A DNA stretch of 64,000 nucleotides from Podarcis tiliguerta (taxonomy: Eukaryota): assembly GCA_965153285.1 (NCBI GenBank), contig OZ229110.1. One strand, given 5' to 3'. Shown piece by piece: positions 12,181-23,910 of this stretch. Each line of letters opens with the position of its first letter. Positions within the stretch are counted from its first letter, which is position 1. The notes under the pieces were generated by a model. The model had not been told where the DNA came from, ran no database searches, and saw nothing but the letters and a program-made list of their open reading frames with translations. The translations under genes were made by a program, and so were the position numbers.

Positions 12181-12467
12181 GTAAAAAAAGGAAAAACTGA
12201 GCTGCAGAATTTACCTTCCCTTCCTTTCCCCTTCAATTCCAGTGAGACATGAATTGGCAAGCAAAAACTTGCATTACCACAGCAATGGTGAATCCAGGTT
12301 TACTTTAGTCTTCAATCCCAACTCAGCTGTTGAGAATGTGGTCTCTGTTCATGTAGGCTTGTTAAAACACTTGTGTGTCTGCCTGTGTTTCCTTCCACTG
12401 GGGTCTGCGGTAAGTGAGAGGCCTCTCTCTTTCAAAGTGCAAAACGAAGGCATTTCTTTCTGCTCAG

Positions 12468-12643
12468 GAATGGAGTTCCGGTGAGAGCTGATGGCCATCA
12501 TGTCCAGACGTCCCAGGATGGAAGCCTATTCATATATAATGTGCAGACGGGTGATGAGGGGTCCTACACCTGCAATGCCTACAGTGGCAGTAATTCTGTC
12601 AGTGCTAGTACAGAGCTGAAACTTATCCGGAAGAGGCCAGAAG
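12468..12643 (+). CDS. PAPLN: Papilin exon, Ig domain 3 C-half (NGVPVRADGHHVQTSQDGSLFIYNV...DEGSYTCNAY...)
   Basis: tgctcag|G acceptor and G|gtatgt donor. DEGSYTC motif present. Confidence 0.95.
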
Positions 12644-13726
12644 GTATGTATGCTCAACAGTCTTTCCAGCTAAGCCTCCACAATTGTAGAGTTCCATTCT
12701 GAACACTACGAGCACATGCTAGCCTCTCTTGGGCCTCAGGCAAATGCATCTCCCAGTAGGATCAGGTTCCCCTTGGAGCAGACTTGTGTGGTTCTTAATT
12801 TACATTTCAGATGCCTGTCCTGTTTAATTTTCTCCTTTAAGCACAATTGCCCTGATTGGTTTTACCACTATCTTTATGCTTTACGTTATGCTTCAGTATG
12901 GCTGAAACTGAATTTTCATGTTCAGTAGCAAGTAGCCCTGTGCCATACCACTTGCCAGGACGCTAAAGTAAGAGATAACACTGTTATCTTTAATGCCCTG
13001 AAGCTTTTGACCTTAGGCCAGCATGAGCATTCACAATGCACACAACTGCACCAGTAGGAAGTGAATTATGCTGCATTCCCATTGGAGGGGGATATAGGAC
13101 CAGTAGGTAATGACTACCTTGTTCTACTTCCTTATAAATTAGGAACTAAAGTAAAACTATATTTCTTGGGGTTTGGGTCAAACATGCTTAGTAGCTGGAG
13201 AAAAATGTTGTTTGTACATTAACAAATGAGCTTGTACGTGGCAAACTATAGACCTGCCCCAAACCACTGTGTTAAATGGGACTCATTTGTTGAATCATGC
13301 CCATAGTTTCCCCTCAGTGGAAACCCTGCACAAAGGCTTCCAGTAGCTCAATGGCTTTCTCTCCCCCCCCCCCGGTGCACCCCTAAACTTGGCTCCAGAG
13401 GGGGTGTTGGGAGTAGCAAATGGAACCATCTCCTTAGGTTCAGCAATTTTAGTGCTACAGGGGTGGTATTCAACTTACATTTTAGATAGTGCAATGGGCT
13501 TGAGTAAAACTTGATTTTGATTGCCACCATATACCACTAAAATTGCCAAACCTTATTTTGAAAATGAAACAAAATGTTGCTTGTATAGAAGTGGTGGAGG
13601 GAAAAAAATACAAGGTCAAGTTCATTCAGTTTCAGTTATTAAAAGCTAAGGGCTGAACTAATTTCAACCTGCCCTTATAGTAGGTAACAACTGCTTGGTG
13701 ATTCTCAGACTGAACCGCGCACATAC

Positions 13727-13930
13727 CACAGCTTTCCAAACTGTGTGTCAGGACACATTAGTGTGTCGGCTGCAGTGTGTAGGTGTCACACAAACACTCC
13801 CTGTGCTCTTCCCGGGGCTGGAAAGGGATTAGTTTAACCTCCGGTTTGATAGTAAAACTGAATTACTGTGTCGCAAAATGATGCATGCCTAAAAAGTGTG
13901 TCACCAACATGAAAAGTTTGGAAATCTCTG
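13727..13930. mobile_element. Non-autonomous hAT element
   Basis: Inverted ends CACAGCTTTCCAAACT / AGTTTGGAAATCTCTG and GTGTGTC subterminal motifs. Confidence 0.7.
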
Positions 13931-14174
13931 GCCTAGGGGATAGTTTCTTACTAAAAATGGCAACTGCTAAGAACATGGGAGATCAAACAGAGCTTATTGC
14001 TCATTTCTGCCTTTGAATATCTCCTAAGCTATGGATTCTTATCACATTTGTTCAAGGTGCAGAACACAGAATGTACTCTAGCCTATAGTGCAGGAAGTAA
14101 ATTCTTCTGTAGTCTTAGATGATTGCATGAAACAAACTGTGTTCAAGTCCTCTTCTCTCTTCCTTCTCCTGCAG

Positions 14175-14323
14175 TACCTGCACGCCTCCCTTTGGACCCA
14201 AGCAGGGAATGTGTTGACCAACCACACCTTGCCAACTGTGACCTGATTATACAGGCTCAACTCTGCAATAATGAGTATTACTCTAGCTTCTGCTGTGCCA
14301 GCTGTTCTCACCACCAGGGCTGA
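14175..14323 (+). CDS. PAPLN: Papilin terminal coding exon, PLAC domain (ECVDQPHLANCDLIIQAQLCNNEYYSSFCCASCSHHQG*)
   Basis: ctcctgcag|TA acceptor. PLAC cysteine pattern present. TGA at 14321-14323. Confidence 0.96.
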
Positions 14324-16007
14324 ACCTCATTTTCCCCTAATGTGGTCCTGCTCCAGAAGAAGGAAGTGTATGACCTACAGTCCTGATTGCTTGAGAAATC
14401 CCATATTTGTTTACTCAAGCACACACTGGCACACACTGGGAAATGGAAATAGGTAGCAGTAGCCAAATTTCTACCTTTCTTAAGCTTTCTGTGGTGTTTT
14501 GCAACACAAACACTGATTGTCTAACAGCTGGCTGACCTACCCATTCAAGGAAATAACAAGGGACTGTTTTTCTAACATAGTTTAACAAGCAATATGGACA
14601 AGAGTCAAAAAGCAAGGAAGAAAGGTTCCTTCAGGCTGATTAATGATAACAAGCAGCACTCACCTTTAAAGTAGACTAAAACACAAAAATAAATTACAGA
14701 AAGCCACTGAGCTCACATGTCTGTGGAAAGTTGGCAGGTTGACCATCAGTCTTTCCCATATGGTTATCACAAGTGTCCTACAATCACTCAACCCTTTCCA
14801 ACTTTCAAGAGTCGCAATTGGACCAAGTGGATTTGCTTCACTACAGATACAGACAGCTGTAATGAAGAGGCCTTGGCAGCATGCAACAATGCTTAGTATT
14901 AGAGCTGCAAGGGAGTTGCTGAAATGAAGAACTATAGGAATTTGGATTGGGTCTTGCACTTCCGATACTCCTGAGAAAATAAGGTTGCAATTCTGTAGCC
15001 CTTTTCCTGGTAATAAGCCCCTCTGAACACGGAGGGGACGGGGATTTAATTCCAAGTAAATATGAACAGGGTTGTACTCCAAGTCTCCCAAAGAACAATG
15101 CTAAGAGTCTGTTGTGAAGTTCTGGGATTCTTCATGCATATCAGTGCCAGAGTATACGGGATATCTCCTATGTGTAGCTAGCCAGGGCTCTGCTTCTTCT
15201 CAGAAAAATTACTCTCAGATCACAAGATGAATGTGTAACATCGAAGGATAACCACTGATGCCAAGAAAGGTCATGTTGGGTAAGGGAAGCTTTTACGTCC
15301 AGGCCACAAAGCAGTCAACTTTATTGATCTCTAGAAATTGCTACTGCAGTATAAACAAATTATGTAAACAAGGATGGGATCCCAAACCACGGGCAGAAGG
15401 GGGAGGGGAACCCTCTACTTTCCGTATCCCAGTAATCTGGGCAAGTCACTTAGTTGTTGTGAGAACCCAAAAGTAAAAAGTCTACATGTCATGTGGAAGG
15501 AATGGGAAGAAGCATCATAGTTCTTAATCAGAGGAAAAATTATGCCTACAAGTTGAACTTTAATAGTAACAATATACATCAATTTCCTTTCCAAAGCCTT
15601 TAACAGGAAGCACATGTATACTTTTCTACATTGACATTCAGTTCAACCCACTACTACCAGATGTACTTATAAGGTAAAGCCATGATTTACCACCCAGTAG
15701 TCCTCTTTGCTAATCTTTAGGGACACACTCATTAGTCTGATTTTGTGCTATTTCAGTAGTCTGCAAACAAGCACAGTGGCCTACAGTGCAACAGTCCTGG
15801 AATAAATTCAAGGCCTATGGTTCCCAAACTCTCCACGTCCAAGAACCACTTAGTTTCTTGATGGCTCATTTTATAATTTTTCTGCCTGCTGCAGCAATTG
15901 TAATACAACAAGCTAGATGCGGTATGATTTTTCATTGTATATTGATTTTTAAATTTTATTTCCTGCTTATTGTATTTTATTGTATTACAATTTGACTTCT
16001 GTCATAC

Positions 16008-16013
16008 AATAAA
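16008..16013 (+). terminator. Candidate PAPLN polyadenylation signal (AATAAA); an alternative lies at 14688-14693
   Basis: AATAAA after an AU-rich stretch and before an (AAAAT)n run. It could instead be a retroelement tail. Confidence 0.35.
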
Positions 16014-16171
16014 ATGCAATATAAAATAAAATAAAATAAAATAAAAAGAACACAATGAAAAATCAGTATATTTACTGTGGTAGATGTGCCACCTCTCTGC
16101 AGGCACCCTGAATGAAGCTTGTGGACCACCAGTGGTCTGCAGACTACAATTTGGGAACAACTATTCTAGGC

Positions 16172-16523
16172 GCGGGTGGCGCTGTGGGTTAAACCACAGA
16201 GCCTAGGACTTGCTGATCAGAAGGTCGGTGGTTCGAATCCCCACGATGGGGTGAGCTCCCATTGTTCGGTTCCTGCTCCTGCCAACCTAGCAGTTCGAAA
16301 GCACGTCGAAGTGCAAGTAGATAAATAGGTACCGCTCTGGTGCAAAGGTAAACGGCGTTTCTGTGCGCTGCTCTGGTTTGCCAGAAGCGGCTTAGTCATG
16401 CTGGCCACATGACCCGGAAGCTGTACGCCGGCTCCCTCGGCCACTAAAGCGAGACGAGCACCGCAACCCCACAGTCAGCCATGACTGGACCTAATGGTCA
16501 GGGGTCCCCTTTACCTTTACCTT
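16172..16523 (+). mobile_element. Sauria SINE, full length (subtype A)
   Basis: tRNA-like A/B boxes (TGGCGCTGTGG, GGTTCGAATCC) and (ACCTTT)n tail. TSD TATTCTAGGC at 16162-16171 and 16524-16533. Confidence 0.93.
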
Positions 16524-18240
16524 TATTCTAGGCTATGGCAGGCTACATGAATGGCTTCTGGCTTAAGACTGCTCCTGTACTCTGCTAAAGATGTACTGAA
16601 CTTAAAAGGAGAAAAAGGCAGCCTTGTTGGGTTTATGCAGCTGTCATATCCCTCCTTGTTCAGGCTGACCCCAGGGGGCAGCCTGCAGTAAAGTTTTCCA
16701 CCGAGGAGTTATCCATATGCAAACTGTAACACAGTTTATGGGGACACTCAGCATGAACAACTTTCACATTCTATCTTCTATAGTCTAAAGCATAACAGCA
16801 TCTTGGCTGATAAAATGTCAACTTTCCGTCAACCAATGCTTTCATGGAAGAAATGTTTTAATGCACCACCACCACTTGCTCTTGAAATGGCCTGCATTTT
16901 CCCATTTGCAAAGCACATGAATGCACATGGTAAATCACAGTTCCAGGATCCCTGTATTATGACCAACTGCAATAACATCTGCCTTAAAGCCGGCTTGCAT
17001 GGAGATCCCACACAGCCAAGCACCAGAACTATGCTCTTTCAAGACCCCAGGATGGAAAGAATTATGCGCAAAACTACCCACACATAAAAAGGTCAATAGA
17101 CTCTTCCAAGTTTATAGGAAAACCCAAGTCTAGCCACAAACCATAACTCCAATATGTCACTCAATGGAGCAGTTTTGCAGGAAAATTAATGAAGCAGCCC
17201 TCAGATCTACTGATAGGTTTTCTTAATACAACAGCATTTGAATACAACAAGCATTTAGTGTGACAACTGACACCATACTGGGCTTGGGGATAGATTAACT
17301 ATATGGGTAGCTTCTCTTTCCAAAACACCCAGATATCTAATTTCAGAAATACTGGAATGAGCAGCATCCATGAAAGGATGCATCAATTGGGATCACCACC
17401 ACCACACACACTAACGTATTATCAGCAATCACAATTCTGCAAGTGCATTTGTGTAGCCAAACTGCTACCTACCACCCATGCAAAAGAGGTGGAACTTGTT
17501 CAAGGGAACTATGCAAAAGAGCAGAAGTCTTTTAAGAAAAACCCTAAAGGGAGCAAAACCCACCCAGACAGCCCAGTGTGGACCGAGCATATTCTGCAAT
17601 CATGGAATGCTTATGGAGCAGAATGTGTGGGCATGTGCAAGAGAATGAATACTAGACTTGAGTGACCTAGAGTGCAACATACCTGACAGCACAGTCCTAT
17701 ACATCTCTAAGAAGCATATCCCACTGAGTTCTTACTCCCAGGTAAATGGGTTTACAACTGAAGCCTGTACCGGGCAGGAGTGCTCCACACTGCAACTTGC
17801 ATTTTTTCAGGTCGCACTATTTTTCAGTTTTCAAATAGCTGAAGGCTGATATAAAAGAACCAAACTGTTGTGAGCTGCAGGGCTATGAACAGTTAAAAAT
17901 CGGCCACTGTAGAAGAGTGAAAGAAAAATGCATTGGCATTTTATCCCAGAGATTAGTGTTCATAAGTCAGCCTTTGTTCTCAGCATCATCTGACTACCCA
18001 ATGGGAACAGCTTCACTTAAGACTGTTGAGAACATGGATCTATTGCTCCTCTAAAAAAGCAGCATCTACAACACAGGCAATGTTTAGATGACAGAAACAA
18101 TATGATCGGTGCATATTGCCTGCCACTGAACAGCTGAGTGCTATGGGAACAATTATGTCACAAGTTTTTTTTTCCCAGCTGAAAAACAAAGGTGCAAGCA
18201 AACTCAGTGATTGCATATTTTCAATGCAGCAAGGATATGA

Positions 18241-18280
18241 TAGTTTAGATTTCCTTGAAATAGTTTAGATTTCCTTGAAA
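18241..18280. repeat. Perfect 20-bp tandem duplication (TAGTTTAGATTTCCTTGAAA x2)
   Basis: Direct observation. Confidence 0.9.
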
Positions 18281-19647
18281 TGGTTTGTATTCAGAATTTG
18301 TTTCCTGTGGAAGAGGGAAGGCACACTCAAAAGATTTACCATATAAAAACCAGGCAAGGAATTATATATTTATCCAATCAAAAATTGAAAAAAGAATCCT
18401 ATGCAATTCACAGGAATTTTATAGATCTGAAACAATGAAAATACAATTCTCAGGAAAGACACAATCTGGGATTTAGCAGCGCAATGCTCCATCTGCACCA
18501 CAATGGATGGTAATCTTGATACAGATGCACAGGCACCCTGTATTTGCAGCTTTAAAAACATAGGGGGGGGGGCACTCCAGGTCTGGCTTCTCACAGCAGG
18601 GAAATGGAGTCAGCTCTGTATTAATGCTTTATAAAATGATGACACAGGTTCCTGAAATGGCAGAATGTGTAGTTTTGCTATGATTTTTAAAAATGCTGAA
18701 GGAGTATGCCAACGTTTGATTTTAACAGCTGGGTAGCATATATAGCTGAGGGAATCGCTTTTTGGAATGTGTTCCTAAAATGCTGAGGAGTTGCGTCCAA
18801 ATTCATGTACAGTTAGCAACTGCCTATTTACTGTGCAAAAGCACCTTATGGAAATCCTTGCCTAATTACTTGAGGCTTTGTGCAAAAGTTCTATGGTTAA
18901 CAACAGATTGTGTAGTTGGTGGCAGCTTTGTTAAGAGTGTGTTTATACTTTCAGAACTCATGACGAGAATAAGAGGAAGAGGTGGGATGGATCTGTACAT
19001 AGGTGCAATAGGGTATGTTCCAAATTCTCATAAACAAGCATGTATTTACATTTGATGCAGTTATAGTTTAGTATAGGGACTCATGCTTTTTCTTACTTTT
19101 CTATTGAATCTTGCAAAGTCAAAATAGCCTAATCATCAACTGTTTTCCAGTGACAATTGTGTAGTCAGGCAGAGTCCTGAATTATGGATGATGCCAGTTA
19201 TCACAGACCATGCCAAATCATTTTCATGCTGCAGCAACAAACAGCTCTATCCCTGCAAATGGATCAGTTCTGGAATGACAGGAATGTGAATGATAAAGTT
19301 GCATAGGAAGCACAGAATGCTCTCCAGGGTTACCTCTGAGTAGAATGCGGTAACAACCACTAAACAAAAAAGAGATTGGGGTCAGAAGCAGGTACATAAA
19401 GAACCATATTTCTCAAATGCAACACACAGAAACCTAGTGACTCTGCTCGCAGCATTCAAGAACTCCAAGTAAAGCAAGAGCAAACCAAGTGTTCAAAAGT
19501 CTAAGTTCTAGTTTTCAAGTAATCAATTTCATACGGAAATGCGAATGGCAGTGGCAGCCTGCTACATCAGGCATGCGCCAGATGAATTCAAATTCAAGGA
19601 AGTACAGACACTGCAGGAAAAGGACAAGGAAACCTGCTCAAAAAGCC

Positions 19648-20926
19648 ACATTATCTACTACCAACATTTATTTCTGTTAAAGCAGATTATAAATCAGTAC
19701 AAATATATAACTTACGTTTGCTTGTAAGGCCAAGTTTTACGAGTAAAATTAAAAATGAGATGGATTTTCATGATTTGCTGAAGGAAGAACATGGAATAGC
19801 TGCAGTCTAGCCACAAGCTTTCACATAGAACAGTGGGAAAAAAGCCTTTTTAAAAAAAATAAAAAATAAAATCTAAATTCTATTCAATGCACATAAAATG
19901 GGTTCCTAAGTAGACCTGATTGTAGATATGATTACAGTCAACTTACCACAGTAGTGTTAAAACAGATTCAAGACAAGGAAACTGCAGCAGTATATGAAAA
20001 AACCTATATGTACTCCAATATGATCTAGTTTGAATTCTTTTTTTAAAAAGATAGAATTTACCCATTGTTTTTAAACCAAGACAATACTGCTCTTAATACT
20101 ACTCTACTGTGATTTTTTTTGAATTGGTCATGATTCATGATTGTTGTTGCAATATGCTACTTACAATGATAGGACAAGAACAAGCTAATAACTCTGCTCC
20201 CCATTCTACTCTCATATTACTGACCGCAAGAATCAGTGATAAATCAATCTTATGTACAATTTTACATCCAACCCCCTTTTATACCTTTGGCAAGATTACT
20301 TACAACTCATTCCGCTTTTATTACCTAGAACTATTTAAAATAATCTAAAATGCATAAAAATAAAGATTTTGGCTTTATTTTATATATAATAATTATTGTG
20401 TTACTCAAAATGGAAGCTCATCCTTTTCCACAGACGGCATATGCCAAGCAGCTCTCACTTCTTCCCATTCCCCAGCTGAGCTTGTATCCCCCTGGCTACT
20501 CCTCCCTCTTTCCCCCCGCTCAGAGGAATGGCTCGCTCACAGGAAGGTAGACAGACACCTCCTGAAGATAGTGGCCACTAATTTGCTTCTCATCGTACGA
20601 GGTCTTCTGAAGTTCTGTGCGAGGAAAGGGCTTCAGGGCTCATTTCCCTTCTTCAGCCCTTTTGAGGTTTCCTTTGCCATTGAAGCTCCCAAGCAGGAAC
20701 GCAAGCGGCCCAGGGACATTCCTAGATTTCCCAATAGTTGTGTGGTTGGGGCTTGGAGCGTCTCCCCCCACCCCACCCCAATTGTTCCCTCTCTGTATGC
20801 CCACTGATTCCATGGGGACACCAGCAATGGCGCATATGCTGCTCACTCGTCCCCTCTGCCCCCCTTCCACCCAATCCAATTCCAACATACATACATACAG
20901 ACTTAAGCACAAAGCCACGGGACTGC
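19648..20926 (-). other. NUMB: NUMB 3'UTR
   Basis: Lies between the stop codon and the AATAAA. No transposon remnant recognised. Contains Musashi-, Pumilio- and miR-31-type motifs. Confidence 0.65.
19667..19672 (-). terminator. NUMB: Probable NUMB polyadenylation signal (AATAAA on - strand; cleavage near 19645-19650)
   Basis: About 1.26 kb after the stop. Followed on the - strand by a GU/U-rich downstream element (tgtggctttttg...tttccttgtcc). Confidence 0.6.
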
Positions 20927-21636
20927 TTAAAGTTCAATCTCAAAGGTCTTCTGCAATTCGCTCGAGAAAGGGTTAGTCGGAGACGGGTTGGTGCGCTGCT
21001 TTGATTTGCTTTCCAGCGCCGCCCATTGCGCTTCAAATGGATCAACCTGCTGGGCGGCTGCGGGCGGCAGTACATGCTTGTCCTCTGTGGGCCATTTGGC
21101 AGAGTCCACACCGTTGAAAGCAGCCGACCCGTTGAGCTGCTGGGGAGGAGGTTTGAAAAAAGGACTGGCAGTAGCACTGTTAGTTTCGTACTGGGGGAAT
21201 GTCTGCTGCTTTATAAGACTAGGCGACTGGTGAGAGTGGGATCCTTGAGTGTGGCTTGCCGTGCCAAACACGTTTGCTACCATCTGGGAAGGGGTGATTC
21301 CAACCACCGGCACGCTTGGGGCGGAATAGGGCATTCCGTTTGCCACAGCGTATGGCTGAGCCGGGATAAACGCTGGTTGCATGGGCTGGACCACACCGAC
21401 AGGCACAGGCTGAGATGCAATGAAGGTGCTGCCTGGAAAAGCTGGGGCTGCTTGAGAAGCCACAGGAGGCTGGAGGAGTGGCTGGGGAGCTGGAGGTGGC
21501 TGCGGCTGTGGCTGCTGGGACCGGACAGTTTTGGACACCTCTTCCAACCAGCGGTCTGCCTCGGAGGGAGTACGTCTGTGGTTCGCCTGGAACAGATTCG
21601 GTGAGGCAGCTCCTGAGTTGGTACTCCACTCGGAAC
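20927..21636 (-). CDS. NUMB: NUMB last coding exon (GSEWSTN...HRRTPSEADRWLEEVSK...DPF...NPFSSELQKTFEIEL*)
   Basis: ttcatag|GT acceptor on the - strand. Contains the DPF (alpha-adaptin) and NPF (EH-domain) motifs and the canonical KTFEIEL C-terminus. Confidence 0.98.
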
Positions 21637-22389
21637 CTATGAAGGAGAACAGAAGTTAGGGTAAGATCTCAGCAAGGGATACGCTTCATCCTGTTTCTAA
21701 TCGCTGCTGCTTGATAAAGGATCTAACAGGGACCTTGAAGAAGTTCCAGTTTCCAACCATAATTTTATCAGGCTGGTCAGTTTCATAACAGCAGTTGAGA
21801 TCACTACAACTAATATAGCAGGTTTGATTAATCGGACAAATGTGAACTTGCACTTGTTCATACTGGAGGTATGCCCAAAGACAGACTTTACAACATCCAG
21901 TCCCACTTTCAAAGTAGAAAATATTTACACTCATTCAGTTTCAGTAGAATAGCTCCTCATTCTAAAGCTCAGTAAAGGAAAAGTGCAAGCCGTGGTAACT
22001 GGACTACAAGAATGTACCAGATCGCCAGCCCCTAGGCCAGGGACTATGATTTATTTTATTGGCTCCAGGAGCCAGAACTTAGAAATAGGCCAACTCTGAA
22101 AGGTGGATGGGGGCTATCCTATCAGTCACACGGCATCACAAATGACAAGTGGCTTGCCTCTTCCACCAGTCAAATTACAGGTGGGAGAAACTGCTGCAAA
22201 GAGCACCCAATTGCTCTCTTGAGTCCAGCACTAATCGGGGTCACCCCTTCCTCGAATAGAAGGAATGAACCTGCTTACCACAGAGTTTGGGTGCATCTGC
22301 ACTGCAGGCAGCTCTCTGATATGCTTGACTCAGAATAATCACTCAGATGATTGATGCTCAATGCTGGGTCTCGGCTCTGCACAGCTAGT

Positions 22390-22757
22390 TGTCAGGTACT
22401 TTGGGCGATCAATAACATGGCTTTGGTCAAGCCCTGCTTTTACCAGCATGGGCGGGGTATGACCTGCCCAAAACGGCATTGTGGACCTAGAGGGCCAAGA
22501 CTGGCCCGCAGACTTTAGGATCTCCACTCGCCCTAGGCCAAATGAAAGGCTAATGGCATTCCAAGCAGGCACTGGGGACTTTATGCACCCCACTTTGGAA
22601 TCAGGGAGATTGCCAAACATGGTGTGCAATGGCCCAATCGCCAATTACAAGCCTGAGCGTGTGATATCTGTACTGGCTGCTAAATAAATAAACTCTGTGA
22701 CTCGGAATTCACCATTTGCAAAACTGGCATGATAGTTTGAAACTGTACTTACTGACA
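22390..22757 (+). mobile_element. Probable solo LTR (368 bp) in the last NUMB intron
   Basis: TGTCAG...CTGACA inverted termini, 6-bp TSD GCTAGT/GCTTGT (1 mismatch), AATAAA at 22683-22688. Confidence 0.6.
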
Positions 22758-23089
22758 GCTTGTTGCTTTCGTTCTTTCCCTTCCTTCACTTACACTCCTT
22801 GCTTACGCTTTCTACGCAATTCAGTCTGTTAACCTCTGTCTAATTGCTCTGTAATATTCAATACTTAACATTTCAGTTTCTTTTAACTTATTTCAACTTA
22901 ATACTTCTTTTCTGGATCATGCCTTATTCCCACCCTCTTCTCTGCAAAGGCTAAACCCCTGCCTCCTCCTCTATTGAGTTTCTTTACTCTTCAAATCTGA
23001 AAGGGCATGTTACTATTGTCCAACAGTCCCCAACTTAAGCAGATTTTGATGCTTCACCTTGGAGCTGCTTCTGGGTCTTTCTTTCCAAC

Positions 23090-23248
23090 TATTTATTTTC
23101 ATTAATTTTGTTACATTTATATCCTGCCTTCCTTCCATCGTGAGTCCAAGGCAGTGTATATCTGGTTCCCAGGCTGTTATCCATCCAGGCACTGACCAGA
23201 CCCAGGCCTACTAATCTTCGGCAAGGTGGTGGCGTCACGTGCCATCAG
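23090..23248 (-). mobile_element. 5S rRNA-derived SINE (SINE3-like) with L2-like tail
   Basis: - strand 23221-23166 aligns ungapped to the 5S internal control region (about 41/56 by hand against a recalled 5S sequence). Followed by GGAAGGCAGGATATAAAT...AAATAAA. Confidence 0.65.
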
Positions 23249-23261
23249 ATGAGAAACTATA

Positions 23262-23618
23262 AAGGTAAAGGTACCCCTGCCCGTACGGGCCGTTCTTGAC
23301 AGACTCTAGGGTTGTGCGCCCATCTCACTCAAGAGGCCGGGGGCCAGCGCTGTCCGAAGACACTTCCGGGTCACATGGCCAGCGTGACAAGCTGCATCTG
23401 GCGAGCCAGAGCCGCACACGGAAACGCCGTTTACCTTCCCGCTAGTAAGCGGTCCCTATTTATCTACTTGCACCTGGGAGTGCTTTCGAATTGCTAGGTT
23501 GGCAGGCGCTGGGACCGAACAACGGGAGCGCACCCCGCCGCGGGGATTCGAACCGCCGACCTTTCGATCGGCAAGCTCTAGGCGCTGAGGCTTTTACCCA
23601 CAGCGCCACCCGCGTCCC
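23262..23618 (-). mobile_element. Sauria SINE, full length and CpG-rich, so probably young (subtype B)
   Basis: A/B boxes and (ACCTTT)n tail on the - strand. 13-bp TSD ATGAGAAACTATA at 23249-23261 and 23619-23631. Confidence 0.94.
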
Positions 23619-23751
23619 ATGAGAAACTATAGCTCAGTGGTAAAACTTGTATGCTTGGTTCCATAAAGCATGAAGTTCTGCCCCTGCCTTCTGGCTTACA
23701 GAACCTCAGACAGCATTGTAGGGTTCTGAAAGGTCTCTGCTTCAAATCCAG

Positions 23752-23910
23752 TCCTGCTGGATCAGACCAAAGACCCCTCTAGTCTCACAGAGGCCAACCC
23801 GATGCCTGTGGAAAGCCTACAACCAGGTTCTGAGTGCAACAGCGCACTCCCCATGTGTTATTCCCAGAAACTGTTATTCAGAGGCACACTGCCTTCACCA
23901 GTGGAGGCAG
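23752..23910 (-). mobile_element. CR1-like LINE 3' fragment (related fragment at 63920-64000)
   Basis: CCTGCTGGATCAGACCAAAG.CCC.TCTAGT...GGCCAACC.GATGCCT.TGG.AAGCC motif. Confidence 0.55.

Noticed and set aside
16172-16250. tRNA-like sequences with A/B boxes (also at the heads of the other SINEs)
   Set aside because: These are SINE heads continuing into SINE body and tail with TSDs, not tRNA genes.
21026-21604. 192-aa + strand ORF and other overlapping ORFs at 20617-21629
   Set aside because: Antisense or alternative-frame shadows of the GC-rich NUMB last exon and proximal UTR, with no domain similarity.
23166-23221. 5S rRNA gene
   Set aside because: Only a partial match of roughly 73%, joined to a retroposon tail; treated as a SINE.
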